DNA from: the human T2T-CHM13v2.0 reference genome, Homo sapiens
Assembly (NCBI RefSeq): GCF_009914755.1
Contig: NC_060934.1
DNA: 64,000 nucleotides
Direction: 5' to 3' (one strand)
Below the pieces are notes generated by a model. It saw nothing but the letters and a program-made list of their open reading frames with translations, was not told the origin of the DNA and did not search any database. Positions 22,301-34,554 of the stretch are shown here, in pieces. Within the stretch, counting starts at the first letter, position 1, and each line of letters begins with the position of its first letter. Made by a program: the position numbers and the translations under genes.

Positions 22301-25300
22301 GCCCACCACGAGCAAGTGGTGAGCTCAGGAGGCAGGACGAGGCCTCAGAGCCTAGACCTTGACTGCACTGTGTGGCCTTGGGTGCCATTCACTCTGCGGC
22401 GTCCGTCTGGCACAGACATCACTGCTGTGGTTGAGAACGGGTCTGAGGAGCCTAGCTGAACCTGGTTGTATGGTTTTCTAGCTGTGTGACTCCAGATAAA
22501 CTCAGCTGGCTTTTATAAGTCACACTTTGTTGATCTGTAAAACAGAACACTGGCCTCATGAGCTTCTGAGGCATGTGTGAGTTAATGCACGTCAGTTGCT
22601 TTGTGTCCCTGGCACACCGGGGAGGGCAGCTCTGAGGACCCTGAAACACCTCGCGGGACATTTAGCCATTACCAAATCACAGCTTGGTTTGGTTTACTCA
22701 GCCACAAAGGGAGAAAACACCAGCAGCAGCCCATCTTGCAGTCTGAGGAGACTGGCCACTGCTCGCGCCCTTCAGGGGGCGGCCCAAGCCGGTCAGGACG
22801 TCTGCACAGTCGAGACCACCTGCCTCGTGCCAGTGCCAAGGCACCCGGCCAGCTGTGGGTCCCCGCGAAGACAGAGAAACACCACAGACACGAGGCTGGC
22901 CTCTATCCTGCCTCTGTCTTCCTCGGCCTGCAGGCCCAGGCTGGCACTGTGGGTGGCTGCAGGGAGGCTGGGTGCCCACTTCATCTTGTTGGGATGAGTA
23001 GGGGCCCGAGGGAGGGCTGTGCTGGAGGAAGGCATCCCTGGCGGGTGCGCCCTCCTGTCCGACCACCTGGCTTGGAGCTGTGTCTGGCTGCACCAGGAGA
23101 GGCCAGTGAGCAGTGTTCGGGCCTTGGGTGTGTGGTTGGTGGGGCAGCAGCATGATGGCTGTGTGCAGGGGGCAGGATGGCCCCTTTCAAGTCTTGTGGG
23201 GCACTCGGGAAACCAGCCCAGCTCCCACTGTTCTAGGAAGGCACCCAGAGGTGGGGCCCAGCACCTTGGACAGCGCACTGGCCCAGCCTGGCCCTCGGGG
23301 TGCCTCACCCAGCCTGACAGGAGCTGGAGGCAGGGCAAAGCCCCGACCTCCTGTGCTCCTCCAAGTGCGATGTGGGAGTAGGGATGGTTTGGGGTGGGGC
23401 TTTTCCTTTCTCCCCTCTCCCTTCTGTGCTCAGAGGGTGGCTGGGGGACTTGGGACAGAAGGTTCCTCTTTGAACAAAGCAATAGAACGGGTTCGTGGCA
23501 GCGTCATCCTCTCTCAGGGGCCGGTGGCCTCTGCTGTGTCTCCCTCAAATGGTCCTCTGGTCTCTTGGGAACATGAAACAGAATCTCCCATGGAGGAGGC
23601 AGAGGTGGGAACCAGGGACCAGTGGGGGAAGCTGCTGACCATGCTGCCTTCACAGTGGACCACGTCTTCCCCGACACGGGTGTGAGCCTGCTGGCGGCCT
23701 ACGAGCAGTGGCGGGAGCGGGCGGACAGCGCGGCCTGCTGCGACTACTCCCTGCACGTGGACATCACCCGATGGCATGAGAGCATCAAGGAGGAGCTGGA
23801 GGCCCTGGTCAAGGAGAAGGGTGAGGGTGGCTGGAGGGGCTGGAGGGCGGGCATGGAGCCTGGTGGAGGAGCCTCTGCCCTGACCCTGTGTTCTGCCGAT
23901 GGTGCTGCTCTGCCCTGGGGGCTGGTGTCCAGGTTTGAGTGGAAGTTGGAGAAAAGTCATTTGAAGGCCCATCCCACCTTCAAAGGCTCTAGACCAAGAG
24001 GCCTTCTCTTTCCCAATCCGAGGGACCCATCCTGGAATTGTCCTCCTGATGAAAAGATGCAGCAGATCCGTCGTTTCTTAGAAAAGAGGCTGCCCAGGGT
24101 GGAAGAGCAGCAGTTCCCTAGTCTCCTAGCATCTGGGGATCCTTTCAGAGGGAGACCCTTTTAAATCCATATCTCTTTGTTGTCACCAATGCTAAAACAG
24201 ATCAGTCTATAAACAAGTTAACATTTTTCCCCACAAAAAACCCTGAAGCTAAAACTACATCAGAGTTTCATAGTGGGTTTGACAAGTGGCATATCTGATT
24301 ATAGCCGATCTCTCCTAATCTGAGTCCGGCCCACAGCTTCCAGCCTGGAGGTGGGGGCGGGATGGGGTCCAAGCAAGCCCAGGAGCCTGTCAAGGCCCTG
24401 GCACTCCCAGGGATGCCTGCTACCCGTCCCCTACAGACCTGAAGGAGGCAGGGGCATTTCTTCAAGGCCATTCCTCTGGGTTCCCATTCCCCAGAGGGTG
24501 ACGGTCATCACATAGGTGCCCCTTGATGTCAGGACCCCTCACCTCCCTGCCCGGGGGCTGGTGGAGCCCGTCAATCCTCAGTCCCTGGGCCTCACTCCAG
24601 GCAGCTGCTCTGCCACCCATGCTGTTCTGTGAGTGGACTCGGGAGGCCTGTGGCCTCGTGTCTCAGAGCGGAGGTGGAAGCAGGGCCTGCACCTCCCCTC
24701 ACCCTGTGTTGGCAGTGCTGGGGCCTCTGCTCCCCAAGCGCCATGCAGGAGTCCTCAGTCCTGTGCCCACGGGGTAGTGTTGCAGGGACAGCACTGCGCA
24801 ACCCAAACATGACCTTCCTCAGACACTCGGGGGCAGGCCTCAAACTCCAGGTCACATACAGGTTGCTACCTGGAGGGATGGCTTGTGGGGCACAGTGTGA
24901 CTCAGTTTCCCCAGTGTGCCTTAGCTTGTCACACTAGCACTTTCCACCCAGCGAGGAGGAGATGCCATGGGTTGGGTGGGCTTGAGTGATGGGAGGTTGG
25001 GATCCTGCCTCCAGGCCCAGGCCGGTCCCCACACAAGTTCCGAGTCCTGGGGGAGGTGGATGGGCTGTGGCTGCCCAGGAAACAGGAGAGCTCAGCCCTC
25101 TTCCTGTTTGGGCCCCAACGTCAGAGGCAGCCCCTCATCCTTCTGCTCGTCCTAAGGGCCCAGCCCTGAGATCTGGGTGGTCCCACAAGCCTGCACTGTG
25201 AGCCAGGCATGGCAAGTGGGGCTCCAAGGCCCTGCAGGCAGGTGCTGGATGTGCTGGACGGCCAGAATGCAGGTCCCCAGCACAGCGCGGCCCGGGCCGC

Positions 25301-28300
25301 ACTTCCAGGAGGGAGCCAGTGGAACCCAGGCCGAGAGCCCAGGCACAGCGGCTCTTCCAGTAACGGGGGGTCTGCTGGATGGGTGTGAGGGGTTCTCACC
25401 TGCATTTGCCGCTGGGTGGACAATCAGTTCCTAACCCGGAGCACAGGAGCAGGCAAGGAGGGCCTGGATGTAGCTGCCTCCGCCTCACTTCCCAGCTTGC
25501 TGGTGTGTGCATGGAAGCGGGGGACTGCTCGCAGGGCTGGCAAGCCAGTGAGGGAAGCACTGCGGGGGAGGGGCCCAAGACCCCCAACCCTCCAGTGGGC
25601 AGGAGCAGCAGAGGCTCCGTAGGTTGTCTGACTGGTGATGGCTGAGCCTCTGACCCCTGCCTCTTCTCCAGGTGTGAACTCCTTCCTGGTCTTCATGGCA
25701 TACAAGGACCGGTGCCAGTGCAGCGACAGCCAGGTAAGGGCAGGCGTGGGGAACGGAGTGGGCAGGTATATCCCAGGCCGCTGCTGGTGCAGGCGCAGCC
25801 CCACCCAGGACGCCACCACTTCTCTTCCCAGATGTACGAGATCTTCAGCATCATCCGGGACCTGGGGGCCTTGGCCCAGGTGCACGCTGAGAACGGGGAC
25901 ATCGTGGAGGAGGTGCCGTGGGGCAGGGCTGCCGTGGGGCAGGCACAGGGGCTGCCGTGGGGCAGGGGCTGCCTGTGGGGTGGGGCAGGGGTCTGAGGGT
26001 GACTTTCATGATACGCAGACATCAGCACAGAATCCCACAAAACCTTGAGGGAGGGTCATAGCTTACCCCGAGTCAAAGGTCAACCAGTGAGTTAGAGAGA
26101 CTGGGGGGTGATGGGGAGCTTTGAGGCCATAAAACAGCTTCTCCTTGATCAACACTTCTTATCCAAAATACCTCAAAAGCAAAGTGTCAGCCCCAGGGAT
26201 CGAGGCCCCTCCTGTGGAGCGGGGTACCCGCTGGGGGTTGGGTTACCACCTTCCTTCCAGCCAAGGGCACCCATGTTGACAGGGCCACATCCTTCAGACA
26301 CATCCCACTGGGCTGGGGAGGGCCTGAGCCCGCGTGCAGTGGCGCCGACCCCCCAGGCCCTTGGGGCTGAGGCAACCTTGGCCCTGCACCTTGTTTTCCC
26401 CTCTAGCAGAGGCACCCACAGGTACAGATGGAGTTCAGAGAGTGGGCCACCCCATACCCGTGGGACCTCAGTGGGGGTCACCACACAGGACACACCTCCC
26501 TGACACTGCAAACCCACAGTGAGACTTCGTGGGACGGGACGGGCTCTGCCCACCTCCTGAGCTCTACAGGAAGGTGGTGGCACTCGGGCAGGGGCATGTT
26601 GGGGGTCCCCAGTGTCCTCGTCCACCCGTCCAGCTGTGAGGGCATCGGGGCATCACAAACACTTCTGTGGCCCAAGGCCAGGCCCCGGCTGCACCGTCAG
26701 GAGGTTGTCCTGGGTCTAGGGATGCTCCACATACAGCGGGAGGGAGCCTCAGTATTGGGGCTGCTGCTTCTGGCCGGTACCATGTCTTCCCTGACACGAG
26801 CGGATGCCGTAGTGCAAATCTGCACGGAAAGGCAGTGCTGGAGGAAGGAGTGGTCGTCCATTCCTGACCTGCAGAGCCCTCCCTGCCTGTGCACACCCCC
26901 ACACATGCCCCCGCTGGGGGAGGCAGCGTGATGGGCATAGTGGTGGGAGGGTGGGGTCTTGGTGCCATCAGTCAGGAGCCCTGCAGCCTTGGGGGAGCCA
27001 CTTTCCCCTATCCGAGCTGTCCCCTCCTTGGTAACTCAGGGAGCAGGAATCACACCTCTCCAAGCCCCTCTGCCCTCTATTCTGAGTGTTCTGTGGCTGG
27101 GAAATTCTGGGAGGCCTGGGGGTCCAGGACCACTTGGGGAATGGGGCCTCCCAGCCTTGGGCTTAGCATCCAAGGCCCAGGCTCCCTTCAGGGCTTGGAG
27201 CGAGGCATCCTGTTGGTTTCTTTAGGAGCAGAAGCGGTTGCTGGAGCTCGGCATCACTGGCCCCGAGGGCCACGTGCTCAGCCACCCCGAGGAGGTAAGA
27301 TCCCAGGGCACCACAGCACACCCGAGCCAACTCCGCCCAGACCACTGCTGCCTGGGGCTGTGCTGACCCTGGCCCTGGGCTCCTGGCCCTGCCACTGTGC
27401 TCGCCCCGACCTCATCTGGGAGGCGTGAATCCTCCCCGTGCCAGGCACTTGTCCTCCATCCCCCCACAACCCTACAGCCTGTACCCGAGGCCCAGAAGGT
27501 GGCGTGGGCAGGCCCAGGCACTGAGCCCGAGGCTGGGCCGCTCCTACTAGGCTGCCCTGAGCCTGGGATCCCATGGGTGACACCTGGGCATCCCCATTGC
27601 CCACACTGGTCTGGAGCCCCAGGGCCCTCGTGTGGCCTCATCCCTCTCATCTCGTCCCCAGGTGGAGGCTGAGGCGGTGTACCGAGCTGTCACCATCGCC
27701 AAGCAGGCAAACTGCCCGCTGTACGTCACCAAGGTGATGAGCAAGGGGGCGGCCGACGCCATCGCTCAGGCCAAGCGCAGAGGTGAGCACCCAGCCCCGC
27801 CTCTGATGCCGAGGGGCCATGGTCTCGGCCTCCTGGGTGCAGCCCTGGGGAGATGCAGGTTCCCTGAGTCCCTGCATCGGGGCGGGGCACTGGACCCTGA
27901 GTCCCTGCATCGGGGTGGGGCACTGGACCCTGAGTCCCTGCATCGGGGCAGGGGCTGGACCTGAGTTTCCAGCCTCGCTGGAGCAGCAGCTGCTCACCAG
28001 GGGCCCTGAGGCAAAACATGGGGACGCTCATCCCATTTCCAGTGGGGGTGGGTGTGGGGAGAATGGAATGATGAGGAGGGTCTCCAAGAGAGAATTCCAG
28101 TTCCAACAAGGAGGCCCTCCCTACATTGCTATTTGCTGTGTCCAGAGCCGGGGTGCTACCTGCCCACAGAATGCCAGCCAGCTGGAGCCTGGCACTGCAG
28201 AGAGCCTCAGGCCTGGGCGGGGGGGTGCCACCCAGAGCTGTGATTGGCAGCGGCTTGACTGTGGTGTCCCCCAGAGGCTACTGGGCTCAGAGGGTCCATG

Positions 28301-31300
28301 GAGCCCCAGCAATCACTGGGGCTGGAGAGGGCCAAGGATCCAGGCACAGAACCCAGGTGACGGGTAAATGAGGGGGCATCCCCTAGGCGGCCTCTGGATC
28401 TGGTCTGGTTTCCCCTCCTCCTGCTGTCCGCACTGAGTCCTGAGAGACCTCGTTTTCTGGGCCTGCCTGGGGCTGTGCAGGTCCCTGGGCAGGGTGGGGG
28501 GCGGGGTGGTGGTGGTGGTGGGTGGTGCCCTTCTATGTGTTTCCTGCATCGAGGGTTGAAACTGAAACCCACTCAGTTAACTGGGAAAAGGACTCTGAGG
28601 CGTGCAGGTGAATGGGGGTCTGCAGGGGTGAGGCCCGGGCCTCACTCAGGACACCAAGCAGCCTCGGGGCAGCAGGCCAGGCCCTTCTCAGGGGTACCCC
28701 ACCCGCCAGGCTCTTCTCGGGGGGTGCCCCACCCCACCTGGGAGCATTTCTCCCCCACCCACTGGTGGGAGCTGCCTCAGCTGTGAGCTGGAACCCTGGT
28801 GAGGCCATGGCCAGGGCACCCCCGGCCAGTCAGCCGCCATGCAGTTCACTGTGCCTCGCAGCCCACAGGCACGCCCTGGCCCCGCTGGAGTGCCCGGGGT
28901 CCTGGGGTGGGGTGTGGGCAGAGAGAGGACTTGGCGTCCGCAGGCCAGACTCCCTTTCCCAGAAGGACCCCCAGGGCCAACCACGTCTGCCCGCGACCCA
29001 GGCCTCTGCCCCACTTCCTGCCCAGGGCCAGGGACTCTAGACTGGGCACAAGCTGTCCCAGGCAAGGAAAGTGAGGGGCAGTCGTGGGTGTCAGCAGCAG
29101 CAGTTCTCGGGGCCCCAGGGGGTGCAGGTGGTCGGTGGGGCACCTCTCATGGGCCTCGTGCTTCAGGGGTGGTCGTGTTTGGGGAGCCCATCACCGCCAG
29201 CCTGGGCACCGACGGTTCACACTACTGGAGCAAGAACTGGGCCAAGGCCGCAGCCTTCGTCACATCACCCCCTGTCAACCCAGACCCCACCACGGCAGAC
29301 CACCTCACCTGCTTGCTGTCCAGGTAAGCAGCCTCTCCAGGTGGCCCCAGGTTGGCCGCCCGCTGCACACCCTGCCAAGGCTGTGGCCCCGACACCCCAG
29401 GCCTCTCCCACGGCTCCCATAGGGCAGCCCGGACAGTGGCGGGTGGGGAAGTCTGAGCCCTTTGGTCCCAGCGGGGGCTCCCCTGGCAGGAACCAGTCCC
29501 CGCTCCCCTGCACAGAGGCACCAGCTCTGCCCAGCGAGAGCCACTCAGATGACCTCTAGCCCCTGCGGCTGTGCTGGCCAAGGGGGCTGGAGCTGACCTG
29601 GCCTCTGCCGGCTCAGGAAGGCCAGGACCCTCTGACCCTGGCTTGTTTCCAGCGGGGACCTCCAGGTGACAGGCAGCGCCCACTGCACCTTCACCACTGC
29701 CCAGAAGGCTGTGGGCAAGGACAACTTCGCGCTGATCCCCGAGGGCACCAACGGCATTGAGGAGCGCATGTCGATGGTCTGGGAGAAATGTGTGGTGAGC
29801 ACAGGCCTGGCCGGGGCACGCCGTCTGGGGAGCGGCTGTGGGCGGGATTGTGATGGCTGGTCAGAAGGGAGCCCATCTAACCAGTGCACACTCGTGAAAC
29901 AGATCAGAGCACACGGGCTCCGGGGTGGCGGATTCCCCACCCAGGGCGCCTCAGACACGCGGTTCTGGCCCCTCCAGATGAGACTCCAACAGCAACAGGG
30001 GCAGCTGGTAGCCCCCCACCCCTCAGCAGACTCTAGTGTTGCCCGGACACTGTGTTTGCCCAGGGGTCAGCATGGGGTCTCCACGCTGTGATGTTAGTGC
30101 TCCCCCGCGATGCCCTCACGACCCGTCGTACACCGCCCTGTCCTGCGCCCTCCCGCATCCTCAGCCCCACCTCCCCGGGCAACTGAGCTCTTCCCCTCAG
30201 CTGCTCCTGCCTTCCCAGCCTCCAGGGCTCCCCAAGGAGACTGTCACGTCCTTCAGGGGACACAGGTGTTGCCACTGAAGCTCCACTCTCGCTGAACCTT
30301 CGTGGAAGCTTTACCCACAAAGTGAATGCAGAAAGGCTTCGCCCAGGAAGGGGCAGACCAGCAGGCATCACTGAGATGGGCTCCCTGACTCACCAGTGCA
30401 GCGTTCTTACCCCAGGGGTTACTCAGGCGTTCTTACCCTGAGTGTTGCCATGGCGAGGGCCGTGGCTGGAGCCCTGTCCTGATCTTGGCTGCCTGGGTGG
30501 CACTCTAGTGCCCGTCTTCACGGGGGCCTGGTATCCGTCTTTGTGGGGTCCCAGCGGTCCAGCATCTGACCTGGCAGGGGCCCCGTGTCCTGCCGTCCAA
30601 CCTTGTGGGGGGCCTGGTGGTCCAGCGTCTGTCCTCACGGGGGCCTGGTGACCTGGCATCCATCCTTGTGGGGTCCTGGTGGCCCAGTGTCTGTCCTCGC
30701 GCAAGCCTCACCCCAACCCCACCCGTCGCCCTCAGCTCAGCCTTCTTGTTCCCCAGGCCTCTGGGAAGATGGACGAGAATGAGTTCGTCGCGGTGACCAG
30801 TACAAATGCTGCCAAAATCTTCAATTTTTACCCAAGGAAGGGGCGAGTGGCTGTGGGCTCTGACGCTGACCTGGTCATATGGAACCCCAAGGCCACCAAG
30901 ATCATCTCTGCCAAGACCCACAATCTGGTAAGAGAAGGCGGCTGTAAGTCAGGGTTGGCCTTTGTGGGGCCGGGACCCCAGGGCAGCCTTCCCAGGAGAG
31001 GCGCAGGACAGAGGCCCACGTGGCAGCAGCAGTGGCCTCAGCCATCCCAGGGCCGTCCACACAGCCTGTCCCAGGCCAGACACTGAAATGGGCCCTGTCC
31101 ACGTCACCTCGCTGCGTGGCCGCTGCATCTGTGGTCCCCTTGTGCCATGGAGGAGGCTGGGGCAGAGCGGTGCCGTGTGCACCTGCCTAGCCAAGGGAGA
31201 AGTGACCCTCCCTGCCTGCCCACGCCTGTCCCCTTTGTCCTCGAGAGAAACGGGACTCAGAAACGAGGTCCGTAGGCCGAGGGGGGGCATTCCTCCCGAG

Positions 31301-33741
31301 TTCCAACCCCTCAGTTCCAGCATCTTGCTAGGGGCTCAGTGTAGGCACACCGGGCCTGCTCCACGCTGGGCGGCCACAGTGCTCCAGCGGCTCAACGGGG
31401 ATGGGACTGTTGGGCCCCAGCATGGAGGCACTGGACCCTCGGGCCTCTCTCCCCAGAACGTGGAGTACAACATCTTCGAGGGAGTGGAGTGCCGGGGAGC
31501 GCCTGCCGTGGTCATAAGTCAGGGCCGAGTGGCGCTGGAGGACGGGAAGATGTTTGTCACCCCGGGGGCGGGCCGCTTCGTCCCTCGGAAAACATTCCCG
31601 GACTTTGTCTACAAGAGGATCAAAGCTCGCAACAGGGTAGGGCGGCACCCGCAAGGGTGTTGTGCAGGTAGGCAGGTGGGCGCTGAGTTCTAGGCCCAGA
31701 ACACACCCCTGGTCAACCTGGCCCGGCCTCCCGAGGGGTCAGGAAGACAGAGCGGGGCCGCTGCTTGCCCAGGGCCCTGGTGGGTCTAAGTGGAGAAGAG
31801 CCTGCTCCCGGAAGATGGCAGGGGAGGCCCCCATGGCACTGGGACCTTCAGGCCCTGGATCAGCTCTGCAAGTGCCTGTGAACGGCAGCTGGGTCCCACC
31901 CAAGTCATCCACGGTTGTTAGAGAAAATACAGATATAAAGTGAGCAGAAATCTAGCTCCCCACGGGAGCTGCCCAGTTGGACCTCAGTGTGGGTCCTTCT
32001 GGGATTCCCCATGGACAGACGTGCACGCTGATTTGTGGACTGGGGCGTGTGCTCCTCTCCACATGGGCTCTCAGGAGCTCAGCCACGGGAGCCCCCCCCC
32101 CATGGCCTTCCAGTCTCTTACTGTGGTGACGCCACGCTTGCCCGGCATCATCCGTGTCTGACGGTGCAGCAGGTGTGGTCTCCCCAGACCACCAGGTGCT
32201 TCACACACGCACAGGGGCACTCGCAGTGGCGTCTGTGCACACACAAGTGCACGTGGGGCCTCGGAGGGAGGTTGAGCATGTGCACCTGTGTTGGTAAGAC
32301 TGAGGGGAGGGACGTTTGCACACACATGCAGATGGGACCGCAGGCGGGCATTATACACGTATGGGGAGGACTGCAAGGAGGGAGGCGTGTGTGAACTTGG
32401 GTTGAGCACCCCCCCAGGGCAGCCCCAAATTCCTGAAGCTGGCACTGGAGAGGCGCAGAGCAGGCCCAGCCCTCCAGCTGCCCATGCTCAGCCCCTCATG
32501 CCCCATCTCTGGCCCCACAGCTGCCCAGGCTCAGCCCCTCATGCCCTGTCTCTGCCCCCACCCCCCCGGCAGCTGGCGGAGATCCACGGTGTGCCCCGTG
32601 GGCTGTATGACGGGCCCGTCCACGAGGTGATGGTGCCTGCCAAGCCAGGGAGTGGCGCTCCGGCCCGCGCGTCCTGCCCAGGCAAGATCTCCGTCCCTCC
32701 TGTGCGCAACCTACATCAGTCGGGGTTCAGCCTATCTGGTGAGTTGGGCCTGGGGCACCAGTGGGGGTGAGGGGCTCTGCCGGAGCATCCAGGGCCTCAG
32801 GTACCAGGGCCCAGCCTGTGCCCAGAGGGGCTGCACACGGAAGGCACCCAGCTGGGGACTGGGGCAGGAGATGCTGCTGGGGGTGTTGTGGGGGCCAAGG
32901 GCTGAGCCCAGTTAGGGAGGCCCCTCCTGCCCGCTGTCTGCCCAGGGCAGCTGTGATGAACCCTCACCTTCAAGACAGTGGCACTGGGGTGAGGCTGTCA
33001 CATGGAACCCAGGAGTGAGCATGGATCCAGCCTCAGGGGAGGTGGGAGGCCTTGACGAGGATCTCAGGATCATGTGGAATCCAGGTCCCCACCCAGCAGG
33101 CCCCAGAACCAAGCGTGAGGCACAAGGGAGGGTCTGAGCTGTGTCCCGGGGCCTGGAGGGATACACGAGAATGCCTGGGAGGGCTCAGGCTGCCAGGGTC
33201 CGGCCTCTGGCGTCGCTTCTGGTGCATTCTCCGGACCCAGGAAGGTGATAGCAAAGCCCTGCTCACCTCCTGGGGACTCAGGCCTGGGGGCAGGTCCCTG
33301 AGAACCCAGCACTGTCTGGGAGGCCAGGGGCAGCCTTTCATCACCCGGAACCCAGAGCAGGGACGAGGCAGGACTGGCCCGGGTTCCTCTCGGGACAGGA
33401 AGGGCTTCCTGCAGCCCACAGTCCCCGCAGGTTTCATGATCTCCTGGGCAGCCTCACCTGCACCCCGGGCCTCAGGGATGGGAGTCCTGCCGGGCACCTG
33501 GTCTGCTTGGCCTTCTGGTGGTGGCAGGTGTGCGGGGGCTCTGCAGTCCTGGCCCCACTGACGCAGCCACTGACTCTGCCTCACGCCTTGAATAGAAGGG
33601 CCCCTGCCCCTGCCTCATTCTCCCCTGCCCATCTGTGCCCTTTCTTCAGGGTCTCAGGCTGATGACCACATCGCCCGACGCACAGCACAGAAGATCATGG
33701 CACCACCTGGCGGCCGCTCCAACATCACCTCTCTCTCCTAG
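16293..33741 (+). CDS. DPYSL4: Dihydropyrimidinase-related protein 4 (CRMP3), full spliced CDS, 14 exons, 572 aa
   Basis: join(16293-16331,19941-20029,21469-21653,23656-23820,25672-25733,25832-25912,27226-27294,27662-27782,29167-29323,29653-29794,30757-30927,31457-31636,32573-32738,33650-33741) = 1719 nt. All introns GT-AG with consistent phases. Reads [22 protein letters not shown]...[10 protein letters not shown]. Confidence 0.98.
17806..18118 (+). mobile_element. MER58-like hAT-Charlie DNA transposon remnant
   Basis: gagagtaaatgttgtcagctttgcggacca...tgtgttccaacaaaactttat...tggcctgtggcatagtctgccaacc resembles MER58B. Confidence 0.7.
19941..20029 (+). CDS. DPYSL4: DPYSL4 coding exon 2
   Basis: [29 protein letters not shown](K); tag| ... 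|gtaagt. Confidence 0.96.
20057..20920. repeat. 54/55-bp VNTR, 16 copies, DPYSL4 intron 2
   Basis: Unit gttcccagctcgtgtgtacacgctggtcacgtggtatccaggcagttgaaagtat; copies start at 20057, 20112, 20167 ... 20877. Confidence 0.97.
21469..21653 (+). CDS. DPYSL4: DPYSL4 coding exon 3
   Basis: [61 protein letters not shown]. Confidence 0.96.
23257..23277 (+). promoter_or_regulatory. Canonical REST/NRSF RE1 site, predicted (intron 3)
   Basis: CCCAGCACCTTGGACAGCGCA vs consensus TTCAGCACCNNGGACAGCGCC. Confidence 0.7.
23656..23820 (+). CDS. DPYSL4: DPYSL4 coding exon 4
   Basis: [54 protein letters not shown]. Confidence 0.96.
25672..25733 (+). CDS. DPYSL4: DPYSL4 coding exon 5
   Basis: [20 protein letters not shown]. 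Confidence 0.95.
25832..25912 (+). CDS. DPYSL4: DPYSL4 coding exon 6
   Basis: [27 protein letters not shown]; weak donor gtgccg. Confidence 0.95.
27226..27294 (+). CDS. DPYSL4: DPYSL4 coding exon 7
   Basis: [23 protein letters not shown]. Confidence 0.95.
27662..27782 (+). CDS. DPYSL4: DPYSL4 coding exon 8
   Basis: [40 protein letters not shown]. Confidence 0.96.
27862..27966. repeat. 33-bp tandem repeat, ~3 copies
   Basis: ccctgagtccctgcatcggggcggggcactgga. Confidence 0.9.
29167..29323 (+). CDS. DPYSL4: DPYSL4 coding exon 9
   Basis: [51 protein letters not shown]. Confidence 0.96.
29653..29794 (+). CDS. DPYSL4: DPYSL4 coding exon 10
   Basis: [47 protein letters not shown]. Confidence 0.96.
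30757..30927 (+). CDS. DPYSL4: DPYSL4 coding exon 11
   Basis: [57 protein letters not shown]. Confidence 0.96.
31457..31636 (+). CDS. DPYSL4: DPYSL4 coding exon 12
   Basis: [60 protein letters not shown]. Confidence 0.96.
32573..32738 (+). CDS. DPYSL4: DPYSL4 coding exon 13
   Basis: [55 protein letters not shown]. Confidence 0.96.
33650..33741 (+). CDS. DPYSL4: DPYSL4 coding exon 14 (stop)
   Basis: [29 protein letters not shown]; TAG at 33739-33741. Confidence 0.96.
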
Positions 33742-34548
33742 ACGCCCAGGACCGGCCCTGTGAGCCGTGCTGGCCCCACCCGAGGCCGCGGGGGCCCCAG
33801 GGCACTCGCCCCCCTCCTTAGCATTTTCTTTTGTAGAAGTTTCTCGAAGGTGCTTGGCGGTCTTGCCTTCCCCCTCCCCACAGGCTCTCCTTGTGGGGTC
33901 CCAGGTCCTGCTGCCAAGAGCCCCTCAAGAGAAGGGCTGAACCTGGGGAGATGTCACTGCCAGGGTGAGGTGGAGCCACATGGCAGGGACAATGCCGGCA
34001 GCCTGAGCCCAGGCACCCCAGTGCCCGCTGGGCCCAGCCTGGGGACAGGGAACCTGCCGGGCTCACAGTGTGGGAGCAGCTGGACACCAGGCTTCTTGGT
34101 GAACCGGCGAGGGGCCGAGTCCCGCCTGGTGGGCATTTGCCGCCGCCTCCCCACCACCAGTCACTGCCTCGCAGAGCCCTACACTCCCGCAGCCGCTCCT
34201 CAGAGGCCTGTGCCCATCGCAGGCCTGGGAGGAAAGTGGGCGCAGAGCCCTCCTGCTCACACAGCTGCTGAGACTTCAGGGACCCATCAGAACTTGGTGC
34301 AGCACAGCCCCGCCCGTGGAGGGTCCCTTTTACGCACCCCAAGGCCCACACCTAAGCTTCCATGTAGCCCTCATCCAGGGAAGTTTTGCGATCCTTTAGG
34401 AAGACACTGTCCTCTTATTACAGATTGTGTATTTCCGTAGGCTTCTTAGTAGCAGCTTTGTACACTGAGGACACTGTAGCCAGGAACCTGTGCATGCCAC
34501 CCACCGCCTGGACAGGCAGTCATCCTGCCTCTGATGTGAATCAGGCCC

Positions 34549-34554
34549 ATTAAA
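34549..34554 (+). terminator. DPYSL4: DPYSL4 poly(A) signal (ATTAAA)
   Basis: First A(A/T)TAAA I found after the stop, ~810 nt downstream, with UGUA elements upstream. Confidence 0.7.
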
